A DNA stretch of 60,000 bases, taken from assembly GCA_964187785.1 (NCBI GenBank), contig OZ076409.1, forward strand, positions 33,606,001 through 33,666,000, in the 5' to 3' direction. The position numbers and the translations under genes are program-made. Of this stretch, positions 36,928 through 49,159 are shown one piece after another; the stretch's first letter is position 1, and the number at the start of each line of letters is the position of its first letter. Source of the stretch: Amphiscolops sp. MND2022. Lineage: Eukaryota. Below the pieces are notes generated by a model. The model saw only the letters and a list, made by a program, of their open reading frames with translations, did no database searches and was not told where the DNA came from.

Positions 36928-39900
36928 CGCTCCGAGTAATCACCAATCAGGTGATTAGCCATCATTTTCTTTTCTCGAGAACAATAGAGATTTTGCAAAG
37001 CCACAGAAACGTTCAAACGTTGAACAAAATATGTGTACTACTAGGAAAAATGGAAACGTTTATCATTTTCCAATTCAACCCATGCATTATTTGGAGACAA
37101 AACTCAGCGTTTTACAACATAAAGTTTAGTCCCTCTGAGTAGTAATGTCTATAACAACCTACTAAGAAGTATCAAACATTGTACACAACGCTAACATAAA
37201 GCCCAAACTGCGAAGATTTCAATCATGGCATCGAAAAATCGAAGAACTGAGATTTAGTCTTCCGAAGAATGCTGGGAAAATAAGCTTTCATATTCACCGA
37301 AGTGTTCAAGATTGAATGAATTGTAGCCAAACGTGTCGTAAACAAGGAGTTTTGTGTTTTTTGTCCACATTTTAGATTACTTTTCCCTTATGAAACCTCA
37401 ACTGTTAGCTAAACTTTCCATTGCTGTTGCTCAGCCTGCCGAGTTTTCCGATTTGGGACAAAGTTCAAAATTTGGAGAAACAATGAGGTATGTTGACAAC
37501 GATTGGGGAAACAGGATTTTTGATTCTTTCGTTGTCGAATTCAAGGAAATATTTGGCAACAAGCCTACACGTTCAGGTCAGTCGTAGCTCTTGTCTAGAC
37601 CAAAAATAGAACAAAACTGGTAAAAACAAAATCGGGTTCTTTATTCTTTTTTGCTTCACTTCGAAGCACATTTCCAACAAGAAACTGCAGTTACATTTCC
37701 GGTAACGGTACTGGATAACTCGTTTTCCGTCCTTGAACCTCACAATATGCTACAGATTAGCTATTTCCGTCAAATTGGAAAATTTTGAATTTTGTCACCA
37801 ACATCTTTTGAAACAGTACAAAAATTGCATTGGAAGATCGAATAATTAAACATTTTTGTTACTTATTTTTTTTAGTTTGGGGTCATTTTAATGTCAACCA
37901 AAAATGTCCAAAATTCTCTTGAAATACATATTAAACAAAAAGAAGAATATGTCAGTTTGATTTTATGGGTTTCTATGGGTAAATCCCTTCAATTTATGTA
38001 TACTTTTGGAGTTAAAAGGAGTACTAAGTAGAATGAGACTTAGATCGTTTTCTCACTGACTATGCTAAGAGTCTTTTCAAGCTAGAGGTTACGAGCTTTC
38101 TTGAAACCTAACTTTGATGAGTTGAAACGTTTAGAACCTGAATCTGCGGTAGCACAGTCCCAACACATTAATCACTACACAATGGTAAAAAAACATGAAA
38201 CTTTGGTTCCTTTTATACCCCTTTTGATGGAAACCTTCTTTCGTCCGAAAACACATCGCTTAACTTTTCGCTTCTCACCTCCAGAATCAACAACAAAATT
38301 AATTTTTGAGAAAAACATTCGGAAGATGAATTTATGACTTTGGTTCACTCCGAGTAATCACCAATCAGTTGACTAGCCATCAAGTTCTTTTCGCGAAAAC
38401 AATAGAGAATTTGCGAAGCCACGAACACGTTCAAACCTTGAACAAAATATGTGTATTACTGTGAAAAGTGGAAACGTTTATCTTTTTTCAATTCAACTCT
38501 TGCATTGTTTGGAGACAAAACTCAGCGCTTTCAAGATAAAGTTTAGTCGCTCTGAGTAGTAATGTCCATAGCAACCTACTAACAAGTATCAAACATTGTA
38601 CACAACGCTAACATAAACCCCAAACTACCAAGATTTCAATTATGGCATCAAAAAATCGAAACACTTAGATTCAGACTCACGATGAATGCTGGGAATATAA
38701 GCTTTCATATTCACCGAAGTGTTCAAGATTGAATAAATTGTAGCCAAACGTGTCGCAAACAAGGAGTTTTGTGCTTTTTGTCCAAATTTTAGATTCCTTT
38801 TCCCTCATGAAACGCCAACTGTTAGCTAAACTTTCCATTGCTGTTGCTCAGCCTGCCGAGTTTTTCGATTTGGGACAAAGTTCAAAATTTGGAAAAGCAA
38901 TGAGGTATGTTGACAACGAATGGGGAAACAGAATTTTTTGATTCTTTCGTTGTCGAATTCGAAGAATTATTTGGCAACAAGCCTACACGTTAATTTTTCG
39001 TGCTCGAACCACACAATAATCCACTGATTAGCTATTTCCGTCAACTTGAAAAGTTTTGAATTTTGTCACGAACATCTTTTGAAACAGTACAAAAATTGCA
39101 TTGAAAGATCGAATATCTAAACAATTTTGTTACTTTATTTTTTTTATTTTGGGGTCATTTTAATGTCAACCAAAAATGTCCAAAATTCTCTTGAAATACA
39201 TATTGAACAAAATGAAGAATATGTCAGTTAGATTTTATGGGTTTCATGGGTAAATCCCTTCAATTTGTGTATAATTTTTATAATTTTGGAGTTATTAGGA
39301 GTACTAAGTAGAATGAAACTCAGAAAGATCTTTTTTTGACTGACTTTGCTGAGAGTCTTTTCAAGGTAGAGGTTACGAGCTTGCTCGAAACCTAATTTTG
39401 ATGAGTTGAAACGATTAGAACCTGAATCTGCGGCAGCACAGTCCCAACACATTAACCACTACACAATGGTAAAAAAACATAAAACTTTAGTTCCCTTTAT
39501 ACCCCTTTTGATGGAGACCTTCTTTCGTCCGATAACACATCGCTGAACTTTTCGCGTCTCACCTCCGGAATCAACAACAAAGCTTTATTTTGAGAAAAAC
39601 GTTCCGAAGATGAATTTCTGACTTTGGTTCACTCCGAAAAAATCACCAATCAGTTGATTAGTCATCAAGGTCTTTTCTCGAAAACAATAGAGAATTTGCA
39701 AAGCCACGGAAACGTTCAAACGTTGAACAAAATATGTGTACTACTGTGAAAAGTGGAAACGTTTATCATTTTTCAATTCAACCCATGCATTGTTTGGAGA
39801 CAACACTCAGCGTTTTCAAGATAAAGTTTAGTCGCTCTGAGTAGTAATGTCTATAACACCCTACTAAGAAGTATCAAACATTGTACACAACGCTAACATA

Positions 39901-41905
39901 AACCCTAAACAGCCAAGATTTCAATCATGGCATCGAAAAATTGAAAAACTTAGATTCAGTCTCACAGAAATTGCTGTGATTATAAGCTTTCATTTTCACC
40001 GAAGTGTTCAAGATTGAATAAATTATAGCCAAATGTGTCGCAAATAAGGATTTTGTTTTTTTTGTCGAAAGTTTAGAGTACTTTTTCTCTACGAACCGCA
40101 TACTGTTAGATAAACGTTTCATTACTGTTGCTCAGCTTACCATGTTTTCTGATTCGTAACAAAGTTCAAAATTTGCGAACAAAATGGACCTATGTTGACA
40201 ACGATTGTGCAAACAGGAAAATTTGATTCTTTCGTTGTCGAATTCAAAGAAATATTTGACAACAAACCTACACGTTCATTCCAGTGGAAGATCTTGTCTA
40301 GACCAAAAATGGAACAAAACTGGTAAAAACAAACTCGGGTTCTTTATTCGTTTTTGCTTCACTTCGAAGCACATCTCCAACAAGAAACTGCAGTTACGTC
40401 TCCGGAAATGGTACTGGATAACTCGTTTTCCGTCCTTGAACCTCACAATATGCTACAGATTAGCTATTTCCGTCAAATTGGAAAATTTTGAATATTGTCA
40501 CGAACATCTTTTAAAAGTACAAAATTGCACTAAAAGCTTGAATATTTAAACATTTTTTTTACTCAAATTTTTTAATTTGGGGTCATTTTGATGAAAACCA
40601 AAATAGTCCAAAATTCTCTTGAAATGTATAATAAACAAAACGAAGATTATGTCAGTTGGATTTAATGGGTTTCTATGGGTAAATCCTATCAATTTGTGTA
40701 TAATTTTGGAGTTAAAAACTCTTCTTCCCCATATGCAATAGTGGCGGAAAATGCTGATTATAAAAAATCAAACTGGGCCGGTTTGATGACTTTCTGTTCG
40801 AGTACTCACGAAAACTTTACGCAAGAAGGTAGGAGTACTAAGTAGAATGAAACTTAGAATCATCTTTTTCTGACTGACTTTGCTGAACGTCTTTTTATGG
40901 TAGAGGTTACGAACTTGCTTGAAACCTAACTTTGATGGGTTGAAACGATTAGAATCTGAATCTGCGGTATCACAGTCTCAACACTTTAACCACTACACAA
41001 TGGTCAAAAAATCATGAAACTTTGGTTCGCTTTATACAACTTTTGTTGGAAACCCTCTTTCGTCCGAAAACACATCGCCGAACTTTTCGCTTCTCACCTC
41101 CGGAATCAACAACAAATCTAATTTTTGAGAAAAACGTTCGGGAGATGAATTTAAGACTTTGGTTCACTCCGAGTAATCACCAATCAGTTGATTAGCGATC
41201 AAGTTCTTTTCTCGAAAACAAAAGAGAAATTGCAAAGTCACGGAAACGTTCAAACGTTTAACAAAATATGTGTACTACTGTGAAAAGTGGAAACGTTTAT
41301 CATTTTTCAATTCAAACATGCATTGTTTGGAGACAAATTTCAGCGTTTTACAAGATAGAGTATAATCGCTCTGAATAGTAATGTCTATAACAACCTACTA
41401 AGAAGTATCAAACATTGTACACAACGCTAACATAAACCCCAAACAGCCAAGATTTCAATCATGGCATCGAAAAATCAAAAAACTTAGATTCAGTCTCACG
41501 AAGAATGCTGGGAATATAAGCTTTCATATTCACCGAAGTGTTCAAGATTGAATAGATTGTAGCCTAACGTGTCGCAAACAAGGATTTTGTGTTTTTTGTC
41601 CATATTTTAATGTACTTTTTCCTTATGAAACGCCTACTGTTAGCTAAACTTTACATTACTGTTGCTCAGCCTGCCGAGTTTTCTGATTTGGGATAAAGTT
41701 CAAAACTTGAAAAAAAATTGAGGTAAGTTGACAACGATTGTGGAAACAGGAAGTTTTGATTCTTTCGTTGTCGTTTTGTCGTATGGAGACAAAACTCAGC
41801 GTTTTACAAGATAAAGTTGTACACAAGATAAAGTCAAACATTGTACACAACGACAACATAAAGCCCAAACCTCCAAGATTTCAATCATGGCATCGAAAAA
41901 TGGAA
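36928..41905. repeat. Tandem array of ~1.3-1.5 kb units (about 3.5 copies) inside GT31 intron 3
   Basis: Unit start CTCCGAGTAATCACCAATCAG at ~36930, 38348, 39632 and 41167. Units are colinear and closely similar, with indels. Confidence 0.92.
39413..39469 (-). repeat. tRNA-like (SINE-head-like) module repeated in each full array unit (also ~38129-38185 and ~40947-41003)
   Basis: Minus strand CCATTGTGTAGTGGTTAATGTGTTGGGACTGTGCTGCCGCAGATTCAGGTTCTAATC, with A-box-like and B-box-like motifs. Confidence 0.45.
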
Positions 41906-42442
41906 CTTCCTGAAATAATATTTTAAGGAAAATTATTTTAGAGTTGTGGAGTTGTTTTTCCCCTAATTACGTTCCCTATTCTCCGTGGAATTCCATACTC
42001 GGACAATTTTGGAGCAAGTTTTTCTATGCGCATAGATCCTTGCTGGTGCGATGAACCACATGGAACGATGCTATCCATTTTATACATGAGAAAGTAAATG
42101 GTTATTTGCAATATTACGCATTATCTGCAAAAATCTTGCAATGTCTCATGTAGCAGACAATACCTGCCATATTATTGTATGTCAGACATTTTTGCTAGCC
42201 CCAGACGTTGTTTTTGCTTGATTTTTGGACGGAGCTTTAAAACAACCTGAAAAATTGCAGGGATCAACTTTCTTCCAAGACCAAACCATCTGACGAAAAC
42301 TTATCACAAAAATGCAGGATCTTGTACGGAACACCGAAAGATTCTGGAATATGATCCCTAAAGTTCACCAAGAGTTACATTGACCCGGTACCTTAGAGGG
42401 TTCAATATAAGTTCAAGGAAAATAAAGTGTTTAAGAAACTAC

Positions 42443-42878
42443 CTGTAGATAGCATTGACCACATCCATGCTCATGAAGTACATGGGACCCAGACACAAAG
42501 GGGGCAAAAACCTGCCCTTGAACAGTTTGGGGCTGAGGAACCACTTGTTTCTTGGGTCCCTATTGGGTTTGGCACTCAAGTAGCACTTGCCCCCGAACAC
42601 GGGCTCCTTCGGGTGCAGCCCTAGAACCATCTCCAAAAACAGATGCATGTTCATGTACACATCATCGTCTATCTTGATGACGTAATCGAAATGACCACAA
42701 TGTGAAACTGCCCAGTGGAAAGCAAACTGTATCTTCAACGTCAAGTTGTGGTAAGTGTCACTGAAATCAACTCGCAAAATATCTTGAAACAATTTCTGTT
42801 CGTTGGCAAGTCGTAATTTCAAATCACGAGGACTGTCTCCAATAACGAAGAGAAACACAGTTGAAATTGTGCTCATTT
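42443..42878 (-). CDS. Beta-1,3-galactosyltransferase-like (GT31) gene, exon 3 (catalytic core)
   Basis: EQKLFQDILRVDFSDTYHNLTLK, YVIKIDDDVY (DxD) and PPLCLGPMYFMSMD. Acceptor CCAG (phase 1) and donor AG|GTAGT (phase 2). Confidence 0.93.
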
Positions 42879-43319
42879 CTGGTCGATGTCACACGTTTGA
42901 AACTTCTCATTTTAAAAATAAGACCCATTACAGTTTGGAACTTTTAACAAGTAGCTTATAGTTTTTGACATCCAAAATTTCATTCTTCGGAGCAGAAGAA
43001 AATAAACTGTCAAAATTGTTCAAGCGACAGTTTTTCAGAGGGCGAGTCGCTCAAAAGTATCTCAATGAAAAAAATCACATTGAGAAGAGCAATGCACAAC
43101 TTGGTCTTTTGATTGGCTCAAAATGCCGATAAATGTTTGAGTTTTGGTCACCTGCTGTTTAGACACCTAACACGCCCTAAGAATACCATTATTCTTCATT
43201 TCTAATAATTGCCTTCAAATCAAGACTTTTCGTACAGTATTACCAAAATTAAGATTGATAAATTCTCAATACAAAGCCAAATAAGTTTCTAATTTTTTTG
43301 TTTCGTTTTGGACATCAAC

Positions 43320-43536
43320 CAGGTATAGTTTTTAGGAAGAGTGGCGATGCCCATGTTGTGCGCACTGTGTCTCTGGCGTTGAAATTTTTGGCGACAGAGG
43401 GGATGAGGAAGAGAAGCTTCATGGTTCTTGTGCCATTCTTGAGTAGTTTTCTTGGACATAACCTTTTGTTGCCCCCATGAATCCACCATCGCTCATCACC
43501 AGGTTTGAGGAACCACAAGTCTGTTGTACCCAGCAG
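43320..43536 (-). CDS. Beta-1,3-galactosyltransferase-like (GT31) gene, exon 2
   Basis: LLFLIPSVAKNFNARDTVRTTW (GT31 RxxxRxTW motif). Acceptor TTTTCTGTTTGTAG (phase 0) and donor G|GTTGA (phase 1). Confidence 0.9.
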
Positions 43537-43751
43537 CTACAAACAGAAAATTACCTTCAATTAATCACATCACAGCTATGCTACAAAAATAGCGGAATAG
43601 CCAATTAGTGGAGCGAAAAGTTTTCCCTAACGAATTAAATCATTTCGCAACTACTATTTCATTACGGGCTCTTCAATAAGTTCGATACCTTTCGTTTGAG
43701 ATCACTTTGTAAACCGATTAGATTTATGAAATGCTCCCTCAAATCGTTCAA

Positions 43752-43824
43752 ATAATTGAATAAATGCAGGTACTCACGCCAAAGAAAGTTTCTTTGGCGT
43801 GAGTACCTGCATTTATTCAATTAT
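43752..43824. repeat. Perfect 73 bp palindrome (36 bp arms, 1 nt loop) in GT31 intron 1
   Basis: ATAATTGAATAAATGCAGGTACTCACGCCAAAGAAA-G-TTTCTTTGGCGTGAGTACCTGCATTTATTCAATTAT. Confidence 0.95.
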
Positions 43825-44033
43825 CCGTACTAAGACTTTTAGCCTCACCCTAGATAAAAATCAGAACTCTTGAAAACATCATCTTAACTTACAACTGAGA
43901 AACTGAATGAGCTGTATCCGAATTTTCAAAGTTGTATTAGAAAATGCTAAAATTCATTGCGGGAAGAAAACTTTCTGGTGCAGTGAAATAATTATCCCAG
44001 TCCTCTGCTTGACCAAACGTAGAACAAGACATA

Positions 44034-44682
44034 AATAAGCCCGGGAACGGCAAAAACAGCAAAAGTATTTCAAAATGTCAAGTATTTTTTACAGTACCCG
44101 AAAAACCCAAAAGTTGGACCGAATTGGCACACCGTAGACCCGCTAGCGCGGGCCCCTGGCGCGCTAAAAGGGGGACCCTTTTGGATTTTGTAACATCCAT
44201 TCTGTTGCAAAATATCAGAAAAATTGAAGAGGGACCCTTTGGAGAACAAAAATTTTCGAAAAAAGTCTCATGATGCCGAAAAAAAATGAAAGGGTGAACC
44301 CTTTAGGATTTTTCAACATGCATTCTGTCGCAAAACATCAAAAAATTGAAGGGAACCCTTGAAGTCATTAAAAAAATTTCGAAAAAAGTCACAGCGCTGA
44401 AAACGTCAAAGGGGGACCGTTTGGGATTGATTTTTCAACATCCATTCCGTCGCAAAACATCAAAAAAATTGAAGCGGGGACCCTTTAGTCGCGCCCAGTA
44501 TTGTATGTTACGCGGAAAAAAAGGAAAAACCTTTTTGGTTCAGTTCTCTAGGCCAAATGGTTCAATTTGACACCATGAAATTTCGTAGAACTTTGTAGAA
44601 CTATTTTGGTCATTTCGTCTGGATTGAAAAAAAAGGTCACTTTGATAGTCGCGTTTCACTTCAAGAAGCGCCGACGAAAAAA
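44034..44682 (-). mobile_element. Helentron/DINE-1-like element, copy 5
   Basis: AATAAGCCCGGGAACGGC start, ~110 bp internal repeats, and ...GAAGCGCCGACGAAAAA end. Confidence 0.75.
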
Positions 44683-44723
44683 CAATGAACAACGATCTTC
44701 TGACATTATACCCGGATCATATG

Positions 44724-44791
44724 TGGTACTGAGCTCAATTCGAACCTTCCTGCTTCCCCTGCCAACGCTCTAACGTTTAGGCTATCGACCC
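44724..44791 (-). repeat. Degenerate tRNA-like/SINE head
   Basis: GGGTCGATAGCCTAAACGTTAGAGCG...GGTTCGAATT...ACCA. The acceptor stem does not pair, so this is not a functional tRNA. Confidence 0.35.
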
Positions 44792-44920
44792 TTACATCTG
44801 AGACCTTTCAGTAAAACTTATGAAGCAATTCAAAAAAGTGGTCTTTTCAATGATAGCTGGAGAACAAATTTGCTGCTGCAAAAATACCGATTAAAAGAAA
44901 ATTAGAAAATGAAGCCTAGC

Positions 44921-45460
44921 TCTGTCAAAAAATTTGAAGATTTGTCGTTTTTGATGCATTTTCTGTACATTCTCCAAAAGATATCGTTCTAAGTTCCAAC
45001 ACAATCAACTCAACATCAAAAAACGAGCTTTGCATTACACTCTTTGCAGAGAATTTTGCATCATTTTGCTTCAAAAACACTTCAGAATGACTCCAAAGCA
45101 GTCGAAAAATTTCAACATCTTTGTTTTGTGCAACTTGTGTACTTTTTGAATAGTTTTGGAGTCAGAATGTTGGCAAACGTTCAACAAAGAGTCAATTCAT
45201 AATCCGGTAGTCTTTAAAGGAATATTTTCAGACTTCTATTGGAAAATGGCTCAAAATTGACCGCAAAAATTCAAAAATGTCGAAGTTTTTGTCGATTTCA
45301 GACATTTTCAGTGAATTTTTATTTGAGATAGGAAAATTTCGGTTAAAGAAAAGCTTCGAAAAATTCCAGGTGATAAAATTAGGTCCAAAGCACGTTTTAC
45401 AAAAAAAAATGCCTAATTTATGGTCGAAAGTTTCCTCAGAATGACCCAAATATTGGAAAA
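44921..45460 (+). repeat. ~540 bp dispersed repeat, with a direct copy at 50081-50610
   Basis: TCTGTCAAAAAA.TTGAAGATTTGTCGTTTTTGATGC through CCTCAGAATGACCCAAATATTGG is shared. Confidence 0.85.
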
Positions 45461-45951
45461 ATATTGGAAAGTATTGCTGATTAAAGTCCTCTAATGACAT
45501 ACCGCCTCACCTAGGTTGGTCAACTTTCATTGGCTCTGTTCGTCAAAAATGACAAGTAGGAATTTCTGTTTGAAAAATGCAAAAAACACTTAGCCACTAA
45601 GCTTGGGGTTTTAGTTTCATCCTGAAAACAAAAAACGATGAGCTCTCCATTCTTTCCCAAAATGTACAGTGCTTAAGTCCTTAGTTGAGATCTAAGAAAA
45701 AAAGTATGAAATATAGCTGAACACAAATTTCTGCCAAAAACATCTTAGTTTGAGGTGTTTTAAAAAATGATTTTTTCCAAATACTGAAATATGATTATTT
45801 ACTAGAACAGAAGTTTGACAATATGCTTTGAATGGGGTCATTCTATGATTCGTTCTTCTATCACTATCTTAATGTAGGCTCCAAAACTTAATAAATTCAA
45901 AAATTCAAATTAATGATCATTGGGTTTGGAGAAATTCGCAAAAATATTAAC

Positions 45952-46155
45952 CTCGCGTGGCTTGTTTGGGTCAGTTGCCTGCTTCCAATCTGTGAAGAAG
46001 GAAAGTTCACCGATTCCCAGTTCAGTTAGTTTGCACTGAAGACAATCAGGTTGATTCTTCTGAATAGTTCGGACCAAAAACAGCAGAGACACACATAAAA
46101 GAATGACCCAAAACGTTTTCTGCTTCCTCATTCGGCAAGCTTTGTGAGCTAACAT
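45952..46155 (-). CDS. Beta-1,3-galactosyltransferase-like (GT31) gene, exon 1 (type II signal anchor)
   Basis: Basic tail RMRKQK followed by hydrophobic FWVILLCVSLLFLV. Donor GAG|GTTAAT (phase 0) matches exon 2. The four exons total 1164 nt (387 aa plus stop). Confidence 0.82.
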
Positions 46156-48118
46156 TAATCGGCGGAGTGAGCAATTGATTCATGAACGTGGTGGACTCTT
46201 GATGTTATATTTAAGATGAAATGATACAAAAGTATATTAATACGTAAGTGTTCTTAAAATCTATTCATTTTTCCGTCATGAAAGGTTTGTCTCTGTAACA
46301 ATAAAATAAAATCACATAATGTTAGCTGTTTCTGACATGTCTAAGTATAACAATGGTTTCCCAAATCTGTGTACATTTCAGTTTATTTCTCAGTGGCTCA
46401 ATCCTGTGAAAAAATTGGATGTAGCGTCGCCTGTTTGTTGAGAGGTTTTTCGAGTTGACAATCCGGAGGATGCTCTTGGCACTCACTGCTCTAGTGGCTA
46501 TCTCCGCTACCACAAGCCAGAGAAACGATAAGTAGTCAACTAGAATATAACACGGTTCTTTTCCCCCACCACCATTTTTTTTGAAAAATCAGTGAAAATG
46601 GTGCTACAAAAAAGTAATACCAAACCAAATTTGACATTTAACTTCAAGGTGTCAATTCAGGATCCAGATAGGAAGTTTGTTCACACTATTTTTGATGAAG
46701 TGACGCATTGTTGATAAGGAAGTCACCAGCTTCCTGTCTTGAGTCATGGAAAAACGCTTAATTTTCAACATAATCACAGTCAAAATGCGTGAAGAATGTT
46801 CTGTTCATACAAAAAACTATTCCAGTAGAAGTTTATTTTCTCTTACTGAAAAAAAATTAGTTTCAATTAAGTCAGTAAGAAAAAGTTCCATGAAATTCAT
46901 ACCAAAATTTTCGATGGTGGAGGAAAAACAGAAAAGATAATCTGTAACACGGAATAAATAAGATAAACACCAACAATTTCTGCATGACACATCTATACCT
47001 CCGAAAATAATGAAATCAAATGACTTCACTGACTGCATTTGGGTGAAAGCAAAAAACTCATTTTGCAGCTCGAGAAACGTTCACAAAAACTTTTTTAAAA
47101 CCTTTATTATAATATCAGCATTAGTTTGAAACCACGTTTTTCACTTCTGCTAAAACAGCACAAGATTTTTACTATTTTTTTTCGGATTCAATTGTTTTTT
47201 TATGCTTGAAAATAGCTGAAAATTAAAAAGTTGAAATAATTCCTTACTTTTTTAATAATGAACTTGACTAAAAGTACCGATTCACATCTACATGGAAAAT
47301 CCACCATTTAAGCATGTTGACGCTCGGAATCGAAGTACGTGTATAACAAATTCATTGAGCGGAAATAAAGAGAATAGAATTGAAAAAGAATAGAAAAGAA
47401 AAGAAGAGAATAGTTAGTTCGGTCTGAAAGAATACTAGGAAACAAAAAGTTATAAAAGATGACAAAAGGAGAACTTTTCAGCTCATCGAACGTTTGCCAT
47501 TAGGAACCGATTCTTGTGCAATTGGTGCTTGTTTCAATTCCTTGTGATCCTTGTTGTATTTAAGGAGATTTTGTTTCGCGGTGACCGTATTCGATTTCAA
47601 CTCTTCAAGGACTATTTTCAACTTTTTCAAGATCTCTTTTGAGGACAATTGCCCAGCTTCGCTGTTCCAATTCAAGTCTGTTGATAGTAAATGACAGATA
47701 GCAGTACTTTCTATTTTTTTTCGAGTAATGTTGTCTTGGCCAACCAAGTTTAAATCAAGGTTTATCCGAGGTGACTCAATTCGTACGCAATTTGAATACT
47801 TCCTGAACTAATTCAAAAAGAACCTTCATGGTTTGTGTGTGTGTCTCGTACTGATTCCCACTTTCAATGGTAAACTCTTGATCTCGAAAAGCTTCGCTGT
47901 ACTTTGTGAATTGGCGCGATTGGCACGTTCGATTTGTGAGTAGATTCATCATAATGAATGAGACGAGACCAATTGTAAGTAAAGGTTGAGCCTAGTAGTA
48001 ATGAAAAAGACCGGCTTGGGGAAAACAGCCACGTAGTAATGCACGAAATTCGCATTTTTGTTGAGCTTTTAAGTCACGTGCTCTCTTTTCTTTCATCAAA
48101 TTTTTAAGCCCAAATTTA

Positions 48119-48602
48119 AACAAGACGAGAACGCCTCAAGTCGGCGCTATATCTAAGGCTCAAAAAGCGCAAAACATTTTTTTTTGGAAAAAAACTTGAA
48201 ATTTTCGAAAAAAATTTCTTTCGGAAAATGTCGGACAGTGCCGAAAAATGTAAAAGGGGGGACCCTTTTTGATTTATAAACACGCATTCTGTAGCAAAAT
48301 AACAAAAAACTCAAAGGGGGGACCCTTTGGGCACATTAAAAAAATTTCAAAAAAAGTCTCACAGTGCCGAAAAAAAATCGAAAGGGGGGGGGGGGACTTT
48401 AGTCCCGTCCGGGCTTGTAGGTAACGTTTAAAAAGTAAATGAATGCGCTCCCCGTTTGCCTTTAGCGGTCCAGTAGTTTAGTACTTATTTAGTGGTTGAA
48501 CGTTAATTTTAACGTTCGTCGCTTCGAGTCTGTCTTAAATAAAAAAAAAACGAGTGACTGTAATAGTCGGGCTTTTTTCTTAAGAAAAACGCCGACTAAA
48601 AA
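48119..48602 (-). mobile_element. Helentron/DINE-1-like element, copy 6
   Basis: AACAAGACGAGAACGCCTCAAGTCGGCGCTATATCT start; AGTCGGGCTTTTTTC-TTAA-GAAAAACGCCGACTAAAA end. Confidence 0.78.
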
Positions 48603-49159
48603 TAATCATTTCTCTTTCTACAGAAGGCCTCACTTGAAAGATAATTTTGCAGTTCGGTAGCTCAGTGACTCGGGCTCATTGGTAACAATTGATTGGTTGT
48701 CAAGCAGCTTCGAAAATTCCTATTGCTTTGGAGCTTTCTATTTTCACTTTGATTTTAAGTGCAACGAAGGTTACGTCTTTGTACTGTTACTTTACTTCAA
48801 GTATATTGTTACTGTACAAAAAAATTGAGCCTAAGACTAATTTTGGGGTGCTACCATGGTTTCATGGTTCTTGATGGTACAATTTTTGACATTGATGACA
48901 AGCACAAAGGTTACGACTTTGTAAGAACGCTTGGAAACTATTATTATTATTTTCCGCCCATATTTCATATGGGAAAGGAAATATTTAAATCAAACGGTTT
49001 TTAACCCAAGCGCCAAGTTTTAATCAAACACCAAGCACCAAATTTATATTTAACTTTAAGGTGTTACCCTTTGAATTCAACCCACATAAATTTAGCTTCG
49101 TGCGATTCGTATTTTTTGAGATTTCTGGACTTTTTTTAGTTGACCCCACGGACCACAGA

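Noticed and set aside
37354..41926. Recurrent short ORFs in the 1.4 kb array
   Set aside because: Frames and stops are not conserved between units.
44724..44791. Functional tRNA gene
   Set aside because: It has A/B-box-like motifs but no pairing acceptor or anticodon stems. Kept only as a SINE-like relic.
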